Both the position numbers and the translations under genes were made by a program. A stretch of DNA of 64,000 nucleotides from Clostridia bacterium. Lineage in GTDB: Bacteria; Bacillota; Clostridia; Oscillospirales; CAG-272. A model generated the notes under the pieces. It was given only the letters and a program-made list of their open reading frames with translations. It did not search any database and was not told the DNA's origin. The DNA lies in NCBI GenBank assembly GCA_017464565.1, contig JAFTZH010000008.1:66485-130484 (forward strand), written 5' to 3'. This document shows, one piece after another, positions 49,361-58,051 of the stretch. Position 1 is the stretch's first letter. Each line of letters opens with the position of its first letter.

Positions 49361-50575
49361 TTAATTTTTATCGTCGTTTTCTTTTTCTGATTTTTCTTTT
49401 TTGCTTTTTCTGCGCGGCTTGTCTTCCTTAAGAGGCGCTTGATTTATAAGCTTGTTCGTCTCCTCACTCTTCTCTTCCGCGTCCTTTTTCTCATCGGCTG
49501 CCTCCTCGGGCTTATTCTCAGTCTTGGGAGCGGGAACCGCGGGCGACGGAGTTTCGTAGTCTTCGTCGTCTATATGGTGGAGCGAACGCACCTTCTTACC
49601 GCTTGAAGCTCTTGCGGGATTTTTGGCTTCCTTAATGCTGTATTCCTTCTCCGCCGCCTTCAGTTCTTCCTCGGTAAATTTGGGCAGAGGCATAGTCAAA
49701 GCCAGAACCGCCTGCTTTATAACGCCGAGAATACACTTGAATATCCAGTAAACGCCGAGAGCCGCGGGAACACCGAAAGTAATAAATACGCTCATCAAAG
49801 GCATAGCGTAATCCATAACCTTGTTGGAGCAGCCCATAGCGGCGTCGTTCTGCGACGGCTGGTACATAAGCTTTCTGTTTATCTTCATACTGAAGAAGTA
49901 AGCCACAAAGGTCAGAACGGGTATAAGCAAAAGCCAGTTAAACACTGTAAACGAGGGGGTATCTGCAAGGTTTATCGCGCCTCCGAACATCGAAAGATTC
50001 GGAATGTCGGCAACCGAGCTTATGCTATCCGCAAATCCCTCAACTCCCGAAAACGCCTCTACGCCGTCAGTTTCGATAATTTTCTTCATCGCGGACATAA
50101 GGTCTATATTTCGCTCCGCGTTGAAGGTGACGTCAGCGTACTCCGAATACGATTTTACCACAGCCATAATGCCGTTTATAGCATCGGTTGAAAGACGGCA
50201 GATATATTTAAGAGGGTTCATTACAATGTTATAAAGTGCTATAATTATAGGAAACTGTATAAGCATAGGCAGGCATCCGCCCATAGGGTTGAAGCCTTCC
50301 TTCTGATACATTTCCTGTATTTCGGTGGACATCTTCTGCTTCGTAGCGTTGTCCTCGCGTCCCGCGTATTTCTTGCGGATTGCCATCTCTTTAGGACGCA
50401 TTTTAGCCTGCTTTATAGAATTTTTCTGCTGTTTGATACCAAACGGGAGCGTCAGCACCTCAACGATAAGCGCAAATATCAAAAGCGCGAAAAGATACTG
50501 ATTTCCTACCAGATCGTTACAAAATCTGATAACGTAACCCATAGGTATATTGATAATATCCCAAATACTGCTCAT
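49361..50575 (-). CDS. yidC: YidC/Oxa1-family membrane protein insertase with a long charged C-terminal tail
   Basis: Motifs ...KMRPKEMAIRKKY...NPMGGCLPMLIQFPI... and its position in the rnpA-yidD-yidC-jag cluster. 404 aa. Confidence 0.92.
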   Translation of the reverse strand: MSSIWDIINIPMGYVIRFCNDLVGNQYLFALLIFALIVEVLTLPFGIKQQKNSIKQAKMRPKEMAIRKKYAGREDNATKQKMSTEIQEMYQKEGFNPMGGCLPMLIQFPIIIALYNIVMNPLKYICRLSTDAINGIMAVVKSYSEYADVTFNAERNIDLMSAMKKIIETDGVEAFSGVEGFADSISSVADIPNLSMFGGAINLADTPSFTVFNWLLLIPVLTFVAYFFSMKINRKLMYQPSQNDAAMGCSNKVMDYAMPLMSVFITFGVPAALGVYWIFKCILGVIKQAVLALTMPLPKFTEEELKAAEKEYSIKEAKNPARASSGKKVRSLHHIDDEDYETPSPAVPAPKTENKPEEAADEKKDAEEKSEETNKLINQAPLKEDKPRRKSKKEKSEKENDDKN

Positions 50576-50653
50576 AGGTATTTCGTTTTCACGTCCTTAA
50601 CGTGAAAAATCCTCTCTGTATTTTGCCGTATACGGCATTCGTCATTGTCAAAG

Positions 50654-50911
50654 TTATTTTTTCTCGTCCGCTTTATCCTTATATTTCGGAATTTTCTTTG
50701 GAGGAACGGGATCATATCCTCCCGCGCAAAACGGATTGCAACGCAGTACGCGCCTCACCGTAAGCGCCGTTCCGACGAAAAAGCCTCGTTTCATAAACGC
50801 CTCTGCGGCGTAGGCGGAACATGAAGGTGTAAACCTGCACGTAGGATTTCGTTTCAGCGGTGAAAGAAATTTCTGATACAAGCGTATCAGCCATATGCAA
50901 ACGTATTTCAT
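50654..50911 (-). CDS. yidD: membrane protein insertion efficiency factor YidD
   Basis: [14 protein letters not shown] motif. 85 aa. Confidence 0.92.
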   Translation of the reverse strand: MKYVCIWLIRLYQKFLSPLKRNPTCRFTPSCSAYAAEAFMKRGFFVGTALTVRRVLRCNPFCAGGYDPVPPKKIPKYKDKADEKK

Positions 50912-50960
50912 TTTTCTTCCGTATAACCGAGACCCGGCGGGTTAAACTCGGCAAGGCTAA

Positions 50961-51332
50961 TTAAGCCTTTATCATTTCAAGTTTTTCAAAAGCCTTTGAG
51001 AGTTCGGCGTCTATCTCGGAGCTTTTTCTTCCGACGATAGCTCCTCTGGCGCTTATAACGATAAGATAACCCGTACGAAGCTTATCCGAATAAGCCCTGT
51101 AAGCCGCCCTGATAATACGCTTTGCTCGGTTTCTGCAAACCGCTCCGCCTATTTTCTTCGTGGCGGTTATACCGAGACGGTTTATATATTCTTTTTGCGG
51201 GTTTTCGTTCTTCAATCGTTTTGCCGCCAAATCCTTAAGCACGTATACCGCAACGTACCTTCCCACGAAGCGTTTTCCGCGGGTGTACGTCTTGTTATAT
51301 AAGTGATTTTCTTTTATAGCGATCTCTTTCAT
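50961..51332 (-). CDS. rnpA: ribonuclease P protein component
   Basis: ...RLGITATKKIGGAVCRNRAKRIIR... RNR motif. Start taken at the ATG preceded by GAGGAAGAACAAAAG, not the longest ORF. Confidence 0.9.
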   Translation of the reverse strand: MKEIAIKENHLYNKTYTRGKRFVGRYVAVYVLKDLAAKRLKNENPQKEYINRLGITATKKIGGAVCRNRAKRIIRAAYRAYSDKLRTGYLIVISARGAIVGRKSSEIDAELSKAFEKLEMIKA

Positions 51333-51456
51333 CTTTTGTTCTTCCTCTGCGGGCTGCGCCCACGCTTTTTCGATATAGTAAAAACCCCGATGTCCTCGGA
51401 AAACAAAAATTGCTTTCAATGTCATCGGTGGTTTTTATATCAAAAATACAACAGAA

Positions 51457-51591
51457 TCAATAGGTCAGTCTTTTTCTGCCTTTAGCGCGTCTTCTCTTAA
51501 GAACGTTTCTGCCGTCAGCGGTTGCCATTCTCTTTCTGAAGCCGTGTTCTTTTTTTCTCTGTCTCTTTTTAGGTTGATATGTTCTGAGCAT
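51457..51591 (-). CDS. rpmH: 50S ribosomal protein L34 (44 aa; below the ORF-track cutoff)
   Basis: My translation is [46 protein letters not shown] is AGGAGGTGCAGGGA. Sits directly upstream of rnpA. Confidence 0.95.
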   Translation of the reverse strand: MLRTYQPKKRQRKKEHGFRKRMATADGRNVLKRRRAKGRKRLTY

Positions 51592-51693
51592 TCCCTGCAC
51601 CTCCTTATTATTTACTTATTCCGGACACGGATATCCGGAACTACCCGGAAGCGTGTTGTCTGTTTGCACAGCAAAGCATTCAATGACATTCTA

Positions 51694-51723
51694 TATTAAA
51701 CCATATTTTTTGTCTTTTGTCAA
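51694..51723 (-). promoter_or_regulatory. candidate sigma-A promoter for rpmH-rnpA (TTGACA-18-TAATAT)
   Basis: On the minus strand, TTGACA lies at 51723..51718 and TAATAT at 51699..51694, about 100 nt upstream of rpmH. Confidence 0.5.
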
Positions 51724-51741
51724 GACTTTTTTTCACTTTTT

Positions 51742-51784
51742 AATAAAAAGTTGCGGCAAAGCCTCGCTCACAAGGCTTTGCCGC
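51742..51784 (-). terminator. rho-independent terminator of the MBL-fold hydrolase gene
   Basis: On the minus strand: GCGGCAAAGCCU-ugugagcg-AGGCUUUGCCGC followed by AACUUUUUAUU. Confidence 0.8.
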
Positions 51785-51795
51785 ATAAAAGCGCG

Positions 51796-52893
51796 CTATT
51801 TTTTCCATTCGTCGGGACAAGTTCGTGAAGCTTTGAACCACTCGCTGTCCTTAAGCAGCGTATCGCTCGCACCGCACTCTACCTTTACCTCTCCCGAACC
51901 CGATATTACCGAAATATTTCCGTTCATAGACTTGAATTTGTCGTTGTCGTAATCAACGCAAAGCGTCGTAACGTAAACCTTATCGGTATACGGCGCTATC
52001 CTGTCTATAAACGCCTGCGTCGGAAACTGATTTTCCTCGGTATCGGTATACTCCGAGCTTCCGCAGCAACAGCAAACGCATACTATCTCGGGCTTTATCA
52101 CCGAGAGAAGCACGTCGTTAGATGAAGTCTTTGAGCCGTGATGACCCGCCTTGTAGAGAGTTACCTCGGGCAGCTCGTTCATCTCGACAAGCTTTTCCTC
52201 TCCCTCTTTTTCAAGGTCTCCAGTAAACAGAAAATGTCTGTCGCCTTGATTTATAATACAGCATACCGAATGATCGTTTTCGGTATCGGAAACGTTGTAA
52301 TAAAAATAGCTGTCAAGTATCTCAAGCTCGATATCGGAACCGAGGTCGAATACGTTCTTACCCTGCGTCATACATTCCTCGGCAGTATAATGCACCGCTC
52401 CCGCCTCTATCTCGGCGTCCCGCTCTCTGATATAATTCTTATACATTTTTTGACTTTCCTTACCCGACGTTATCTGCGAAAAGTCGATTATGACCTCACA
52501 TTCGTAAAGGTCGAAAATACTGTCCGCGTTCTCATTCGTGGCAAATCCCGCATAATGGTCCTCGTGCGCGTGCGTAACTATAACGTATTCGAGCACACCG
52601 TCGGTAACGTTATCCTTAAGGAAAGCGTCTATCGTCGATACGCTCGACGTTTTCGAACCCGCGTCGATAAGTATATCGGTTTCTCCCGCTTTTATGTAGG
52701 TACAGTCACCCGTATATTTGTTTCCAAGCTCAAGAAAATTGATAACCAAATCTCCGCTGACGTAAGAATCCGAATCGGTGGGAAGTGTGAGCTTGAAATA
52801 TCCGTAAAATCCGCCAACCGTTCCCGCGAGAAAGCAAACTACCGCGAGAAAAACGGTAAGTCCTTTTGAGAATTTTTTCTTTTTCTTTGCCAT
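51796..52893 (-). CDS. membrane-anchored MBL-fold metallo-hydrolase (ComEC C-terminal-domain-like)
   Basis: HAHEDHYAG (HxHxDH) motif, ...KAGHHGS..., and an N-terminal TM. 365 aa. Confidence 0.82.
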   Translation of the reverse strand: MAKKKKKFSKGLTVFLAVVCFLAGTVGGFYGYFKLTLPTDSDSYVSGDLVINFLELGNKYTGDCTYIKAGETDILIDAGSKTSSVSTIDAFLKDNVTDGVLEYVIVTHAHEDHYAGFATNENADSIFDLYECEVIIDFSQITSGKESQKMYKNYIRERDAEIEAGAVHYTAEECMTQGKNVFDLGSDIELEILDSYFYYNVSDTENDHSVCCIINQGDRHFLFTGDLEKEGEEKLVEMNELPEVTLYKAGHHGSKTSSNDVLLSVIKPEIVCVCCCCGSSEYTDTEENQFPTQAFIDRIAPYTDKVYVTTLCVDYDNDKFKSMNGNISVISGSGEVKVECGASDTLLKDSEWFKASRTCPDEWKK

Positions 52894-53351
52894 CAGCCTT
52901 CTCCTTTAACGCTTATCGTTCTCACCCTTTGAATATTCCCGTATTTCGGAGAATCTACCGTATATATAATGTAGTATTCACCCGGCTCCGAGGTATCGGC
53001 GGTATATTTTCCGTCGCCTATCTCGGTGAGATTGGTTTTTATCTTAACGTCTCCCGATATATCCTTGCCGAACTCGATTATCTTAACTCCCTCGTCACCG
53101 TAAGTAAGGGGCGTTCCGACCGAAACCGTATAGCTTTTCTCTCCTTTCAGGCGAAAGCAATCGTCTCGGCTTATAAAGGAATACGCGCCTATACCCGCGC
53201 CAACTCCCGCCGCGAGGCATAGAAAGCATATCACGAAAGTAAGAGGACTTATTTTCTTCACCTTACTTCTCGCCTTGCTCTTTACCTTGCGCTTAACCTT
53301 GTTCTTCGCCTTCTTTTGAACGGAGGCCTTTATTTTTTCACTATCCGCCAT
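52893..53351 (-). CDS. hypothetical membrane-anchored protein (Lys-rich cytoplasmic N-terminus, TM, small beta-rich ectodomain)
   Basis: 152 aa. Its stop overlaps the start of the MBL gene (TGATG), which suggests translational coupling. Confidence 0.6.
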   Translation of the reverse strand: MADSEKIKASVQKKAKNKVKRKVKSKARSKVKKISPLTFVICFLCLAAGVGAGIGAYSFISRDDCFRLKGEKSYTVSVGTPLTYGDEGVKIIEFGKDISGDVKIKTNLTEIGDGKYTADTSEPGEYYIIYTVDSPKYGNIQRVRTISVKGEG

Positions 53352-53526
53352 AAAAACACCGCCTTTCTGTTTTTTACGTATTTATATTATCACATTTCGT
53401 CGATTTATTCAAGAGGAGATTTTTTAAATTCAGCCGTAAATTCACGCAAAAGAGGCAGACCCTATAATCTGCATACCGAATATTCGTAACGTACAAGCAC
53501 CGAGATGAAATCGATTCCGTACAAAA

Positions 53527-53560
53527 CAAAAAATGCCCTGCCGAAGCAGAGCATTTTTTG
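53527..53560. terminator. bidirectional terminator downstream of rpsI (AAAAAA-ATGCCCTGC-cgaa-GCAGAGCAT-TTTTTT)
   Basis: 9-bp stem containing one G-U pair, flanked by an A6 run and a T6 run. Confidence 0.75.
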
Positions 53561-53581
53561 AAATTTGACCATAGGCCGAAA

Positions 53582-53983
53582 TTATCTCTTTGAGAACTGA
53601 GGAGCACGGCGTGCTGCCTTGAGTCCGTATTTCTTTCTTTCCTTCATACGAGGGTCACGGGTGAGGAGACCTGCTGCCTTAAGAGCGGGCTTGTAGTTCT
53701 CGTCCGCCTGAACGAGAGCACGAGCGAGTCCGTGACGGATTGCACCTGCCTGTCCGGAAAGTCCGCCGCCGTTTACACGAGCGATTATATCAAACTTACC
53801 AACAGTCTCGGTAGCCGCAAAAGGCTGGTTGACGATGAGCTTGAGAGTCTCAAGTCCGAAATATTCGTCAATATCCTTTTTATTTATGGTGATAACACCG
53901 GTTCCCGGAACTATACGAACGCGGGCAACAGATTTTTTTCTTCTTCCCGTGCCGTAGAAATAAGGCTTAGAACTTGTATACAT
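53582..53983 (-). CDS. rpsI: 30S ribosomal protein S9
   Basis: [13 protein letters not shown]... and the C-terminal ...[16 protein letters not shown]. Confidence 0.97.
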   Translation of the reverse strand: MYTSSKPYFYGTGRRKKSVARVRIVPGTGVITINKKDIDEYFGLETLKLIVNQPFAATETVGKFDIIARVNGGGLSGQAGAIRHGLARALVQADENYKPALKAAGLLTRDPRMKERKKYGLKAARRAPQFSKR

Positions 53984-54001
53984 CTGTAAATCCCCCTTTA
54001 A

Positions 54002-54430
54002 TTATATCTCGTAAGCTTCGGGCTGCTGTGCCGCGTGCTTATGCTCGGCGCCTGCGTATACCTTGAGTCTGGTAGCCGACTTTGCGCCTATCGTGTTGTG
54101 AGGGAGCATACCCTTGACAGCGAGCTCCATAGCAAACTCGGGCTTGTTAGCCATAAGGGTCTTGTACTGTACTTCCTTAAGTCCTCCGATATATCCGGAA
54201 TGACGGCGGTAATATTTCTGCTCGAGCTTTCTGCCCGTCAGAACTGCTTTATCTGCGTTTACGATTATCACGAACTCACCGCAATCAACGTGAGGGGTGA
54301 ACTCGGGACGGTGCTTTCCGCGGAGAATGGTAGCGGCTGCGGCTGCAACGCGACCCATAGGCTTGCCTGCAGCGTCTATTACGTACCACTTACGCGAAAG
54401 CGTTTCTGCTTTTGCCATATAAGTTGACAT
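54002..54430 (-). CDS. rplM: 50S ribosomal protein L13
   Basis: ...[17 protein letters not shown]...[24 protein letters not shown]... Confidence 0.97.
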   Translation of the reverse strand: MSTYMAKAETLSRKWYVIDAAGKPMGRVAAAAATILRGKHRPEFTPHVDCGEFVIIVNADKAVLTGRKLEQKYYRRHSGYIGGLKEVQYKTLMANKPEFAMELAVKGMLPHNTIGAKSATRLKVYAGAEHKHAAQQPEAYEI

Positions 54431-54476
54431 AGCTTATTCCTCCAATAAATTTATGTTTTAATTTTTACGCTTGCAT

Positions 54477-54505
54477 ATTATATCACGCAATCAAACGCTT
54501 GTCAA
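54477..54505 (-). promoter_or_regulatory. consensus sigma-A promoter for rplM-rpsI (TTGACA-17-TATAAT)
   Basis: On the minus strand, TTGACA lies at 54505..54500, followed by a 17-nt spacer and TATAAT at 54482..54477. Both hexamers are perfect. Confidence 0.75.
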
Positions 54506-54701
54506 TAGCTTTTTGCAAAAAAATTTAAAGAAATTAATTTAGAGAGTTCAAAGCTCTTTTTTTCTCCCGTTTTCACCCGTTTTCCTCGCAAATCCTAAAT
54601 TTTGATTTCATTTTTTATTTTTTGCTTTTTTAAGGTCATAGTTTTTTATTCCGCCGCATATGCTTTAACATATGAAAAATACGGAGGTCAAATAAAAAGC
54701 T

Positions 54702-55658
54702 ATGATAAATTCATACAAGCCCGAGGGCTATCTTATATCAACTACCGAAAACGCAGAATATTTAAGCTCTGCCGAGGGCTTGGAGCGCGCTATGAAAGAA
54801 GGAAAAATACTCGAGGGCACCGTTCTTTTGTGCGACAGCAAGCTGAGGCTTCATCTCGACCTCGGCGGAATACGAGGTATAATGACGCGTGAGGAGGCGG
54901 TCTGGTGCCGCGAGGGAGAGACGCTAAAGGATATAGCCGTCATAACGCGGGTAGGCAAACCGATATGCTTCAAGATAAAAAAGATATCCTATGAGAACGG
55001 CGTACCCGTAGCGATACTGTCGCGCAGGCTCGCCCAGCTTGAGTGTATAGAAAACTATCTCTCAAAATTAAAATGCGGGGACGTAATTCCCGCCCTCGTA
55101 ACGCATATGGAAAATTTCGGCGCGTTCGTCGATATAGGCTGCGGCATATCCTCGCTTCTGTCGGTGGATTGTATATCGGTATCGAGAATTTCCCACCCTT
55201 CCGACCGTCTCTCCGTGGGAGAACGTATATACACCGTCGTAAAAGCGATAGAAAAGGAAAGCCGGCGCATATTCGTAAGTATGCGCGAGCTTCTCGGAAC
55301 GTGGGAGGAAAACGCCGCGAGCTTTGAAGCGGGTCAAACCGTTGCGGGAATCGTGCGAAGCGTTGAGAGCTACGGAGTATTCATAGAGCTTGCTCCTAAT
55401 CTCGCGGGACTTGCCGAAATAAGAGAAAGCACCAAGGACGCGCAGATAGCAGTGGCGGGGCAGTACGTGGCGGTCTACATAAAAAGCATTATCCCCGACA
55501 GAATGAAAATAAAGCTCGTAATGATAGACTCGTATAAAGGCGACGTTCCCGCCAAAAAAATAAAATATTTTACCGACGTTCAGAATACGAAGCATATTTC
55601 ATATTGGAGATATTCCCCGCTTGGAAATCATAAGGTGATAGAAAGTATTTTTGAGTAA
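54702..55658 (+). CDS. S1 RNA-binding domain protein (about three S1-like repeats)
   Basis: The repeats GDVIPALVTHMENFGAFVDIG... and GQTVAGIVRSVESYGVFIELA... are S1/OB motifs. The start codon is uncertain because the SD is 14 nt away. Confidence 0.8.
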   Translation: MINSYKPEGYLISTTENAEYLSSAEGLERAMKEGKILEGTVLLCDSKLRLHLDLGGIRGIMTREEAVWCREGETLKDIAVITRVGKPICFKIKKISYENGVPVAILSRRLAQLECIENYLSKLKCGDVIPALVTHMENFGAFVDIGCGISSLLSVDCISVSRISHPSDRLSVGERIYTVVKAIEKESRRIFVSMRELLGTWEENAASFEAGQTVAGIVRSVESYGVFIELAPNLAGLAEIRESTKDAQIAVAGQYVAVYIKSIIPDRMKIKLVMIDSYKGDVPAKKIKYFTDVQNTKHISYWRYSPLGNHKVIESIFE

Positions 55659-55666
55659 GACGTTCA

Positions 55667-55804
55667 AGTTAGTTTGTTTTTTGGGGAATTATGTTCACTT
55701 CTTACTACACGGTAAGAAGTGCTATTTAGGTCTGCTACCTAAATAGCATTTCATTGTCAAAGAACAAGAAATGAACGTAAAAAACCCCAAAAAACAAATT
55801 AACT
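55667..55804. repeat. 20-nt inverted repeat pair (AGTTAGTTTGTTTTTTGGGG / CCCCAAAAAACAAATTAACT) bracketing two perfect hairpins
   Basis: The inverted-repeat arms are 55667..55686 and 55785..55804 (19 of 20 complementary). The inner hairpins are 55696..55721 (10 bp) and 55721..55747 (11 bp). Confidence 0.85.
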
Positions 55805-55958
55805 TTTACGGAGTGAAGAACACGAATGTTCTTCATCTCCCACAAGTGAGACAAACCCCTACCGAGTATGGCGGAACCCGAAATAAGCTCTCCGTAGAAA
55901 GCAAGACAAAATATCAAAACCATACCCAACGTTTAAAAGTTTTTGAGGTGGGGGGTTA

Positions 55959-55992
55959 GGGGGAGGGACTTTTTGTAAAAAGTCCCTCCCCC
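55959..55992. repeat. REP-like palindrome GGGGGAGGGACTTTTTGTAAAAAGTCCCTCCCCC
   Basis: 34 nt, palindromic except for the central GT. Differs from the copy at 58052 by one nt. Confidence 0.9.
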
Positions 55993-56006
55993 TAAAAAAT
56001 CATTAT

Positions 56007-57065
56007 TCAAATTATCTCAATATCGTTTGCCGAAGGAAATTCGGGATAATCGTTATCGAGACTATCGGAATACCAATAAGCAACCGAAGAAATATCGTCC
56101 TGCAAGGGCAAATAGCGTCTCTCGCTTCTCCAGCCGAGAGCCTGTATGGTTACGCGCAGGTCGTTCTTAAAGTAGATAGGATCCTGAATATGCCAGCGAT
56201 ACATATTAAAGTATCTCTGCGCACGGTAGGTCTGGTCGGTATGGCATACCTTGTGAAGTCCCGAATAAGCGGTGCTGAACTCGGTGTAATTTCCGTCAAC
56301 GTCAAAGTTGTACGCTCCGCAGAAATAGTCCTCGGTACCCGTACCGCAAACGGTTGGAAAAGCCTTGTCGCCGTCGATGAAGAACTTTATCTCGCCTTCT
56401 CCCCACCAGCCGTTCGATTTAACGCCCCAATTCATATAAGTACCGATATATTTTCCCTCGCCCTTTACGTTGTCAAGAATGGTGTAGTCCTCCATATAAG
56501 GAAGGGGATTGGTGCGGCGGAACTGCGCGTGGAAATAAAGGCTGTCGGGACTTATCTCCTTCTCCTCGCAGTCTATCTGATAATAAACGTTGCAGGCGGC
56601 GGTGCCTCTGTTCTCAAGCTCTATGCGGAAGCTCTTGAAATAAGGCATTTCAAAATAGCAGTTGAGACCTCTCTTGGGATTGACGCATACGAGCAAACTA
56701 CTGAGCTGACGGTACTCTCTGTAATCGGCGTTGCAGAAGAAATCCGACAACGGAGCCTCAACGGCAGGCTTTTCACATCCGTCAAAATATATGCGAAGAA
56801 TAAGCAGACGGGGGAGCTTTGCGTTATCGGTTATCCATATATGCTTTACGGCGCCCTGTCCCTTGATATCCGCTAAAACGGAGGTCTCGCCGGGCTGGGA
56901 AATTATATACGGATTTACCTTCCAGCCTTGTCCGAGTTCTCTCGCGGCTCTGTCAGCCTCGATACCGTCGGTAGACATTCCGCCCTTACCCTTCTCTCCC
57001 GTGAGATTTTCGGGAGACAGAGAGAAAGTGCGGATATTCTTCTTGAGTGTCAAATCATTTAACAT
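56007..57065 (-). CDS. DUF2961 / glycoside hydrolase family 172 protein
   Basis: 352 aa. N-terminus ...RTFSLSPENLTGEKGKGG... and double jelly-roll-like composition typical of DUF2961. Divergent AraC regulator alongside. Confidence 0.8.
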   Translation of the reverse strand: MLNDLTLKKNIRTFSLSPENLTGEKGKGGMSTDGIEADRAARELGQGWKVNPYIISQPGETSVLADIKGQGAVKHIWITDNAKLPRLLILRIYFDGCEKPAVEAPLSDFFCNADYREYRQLSSLLVCVNPKRGLNCYFEMPYFKSFRIELENRGTAACNVYYQIDCEEKEISPDSLYFHAQFRRTNPLPYMEDYTILDNVKGEGKYIGTYMNWGVKSNGWWGEGEIKFFIDGDKAFPTVCGTGTEDYFCGAYNFDVDGNYTEFSTAYSGLHKVCHTDQTYRAQRYFNMYRWHIQDPIYFKNDLRVTIQALGWRSERRYLPLQDDISSVAYWYSDSLDNDYPEFPSANDIEII

Positions 57066-57182
57066 TTTTTAATCCTCCTCATAATAAATATAAAATTAGG
57101 ATATTGTAATTTTATTATAAATGCGATATAATATCAATAACATATGTTGACTTTTATTTAACATTTATTGCGGAGGGATAGT

Positions 57183-58046
57183 ATGAGCATTATAAACGTT
57201 CATAAGATAAATCCTTATATAAGAGTAGCGATGAACTCGGTTCTCTCACAAGGACGGGTTATAAACAAGCGGGTTATACTCGACTACGAGCTCGTATACG
57301 TCGAGCGCGGAAGATTTTTACTTACCTATGCCGACGAAAGCTTTGAATGTAAGGAAGGCGACTTTATTTTTATACGTCCCGGTATTCCGCATTCATTCGA
57401 TTGCAGATACGAGGACCTATATCAGCCTCATATTCATTTCGATATGACATACTCGCAGGACAGCCACGCAAGGCAGGTATCCTTTAAAGACCTTCCCGAT
57501 ATGTCGGCGGAAGAAAAAAATTTGATATCGAAGGACTTGTTCGCACCGTATCCGCCTAATCCCCTCATAAAATTTGAAGATAAGGATACTGCCCTTTCAC
57601 TTTTCTACGAGACGATACCCTCCCACCGAAACAACGCGAGCCTCACTAAAAAGGCGGCTATGCTCGAGCTTATAAATATGATAATAACCGATAACTTTCC
57701 AAACTGCTTTTCGGGCGGTGAGGATAATAACGTCGTAAGAATATGCGAGCACGTCAAAAACTATATTGATTCGGGACAAGCTTTGAATATGTCTCTCTCG
57801 GATTTTGAAAAACAGTTCTCGTACAATAAATACTACCTCGACAGACTTTTCAAAAAGCAGTATAACGTAGGGCTTATCTCTTACAGAAATAAACAGAAAA
57901 TGCTTCTTGCCTGCCAGCTTCTTCGTACCGAAAGCGTTACCGCGGTAGCCGAAAAGCTCTATTTCTCGTCAATATATTCCTTCAGCCGAGCCTTTAAAAA
58001 CGAATTCGGCGTAAGTCCGATACAGTATAAAATTAATAATAAATGA
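57183..58046 (+). CDS. AraC-family transcriptional regulator (cupin sensor plus HTH_18)
   Basis: C-terminal AraC HTH (...SIYSFSRAFKNEFGVSPIQYK). Start taken at the ATG after GGAGGGATAGT. Confidence 0.88.
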   Translation: MSIINVHKINPYIRVAMNSVLSQGRVINKRVILDYELVYVERGRFLLTYADESFECKEGDFIFIRPGIPHSFDCRYEDLYQPHIHFDMTYSQDSHARQVSFKDLPDMSAEEKNLISKDLFAPYPPNPLIKFEDKDTALSLFYETIPSHRNNASLTKKAAMLELINMIITDNFPNCFSGGEDNNVVRICEHVKNYIDSGQALNMSLSDFEKQFSYNKYYLDRLFKKQYNVGLISYRNKQKMLLACQLLRTESVTAVAEKLYFSSIYSFSRAFKNEFGVSPIQYKINNK

Positions 58047-58051
58047 TATAT

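Noticed and set aside
51592-51795. oriC with DnaA-box cluster upstream of rpmH.
   Set aside because: I found no TTATCCACA/TGTGGATAA matches or close variants clustered here. The nearest box-like strings (AATCCACA at ~48602 and TTATCCATA at ~56832) are isolated. dnaA is not adjacent.
54431-54476. L13 ribosomal-protein leader RNA upstream of rplM.
   Set aside because: A perfect TTGACA-17-TATAAT promoter sits at 54477..54505. That leaves a 5' UTR of only ~40 nt, too short for the described leader structure, and I see no convincing stem there.
55735-55959. The 62-aa (plus strand) and 64-aa (minus strand) ORFs in the S1/GH172 spacer as real genes, including a possible type I toxin suggested by the hydrophobic N-terminus MGMVLIFCLAF.
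   Set aside because: Neither has an SD. One depends on a TTG start. The two overlap each other and run through the hairpin and repeat modules, so the region is better explained as non-coding repeats.
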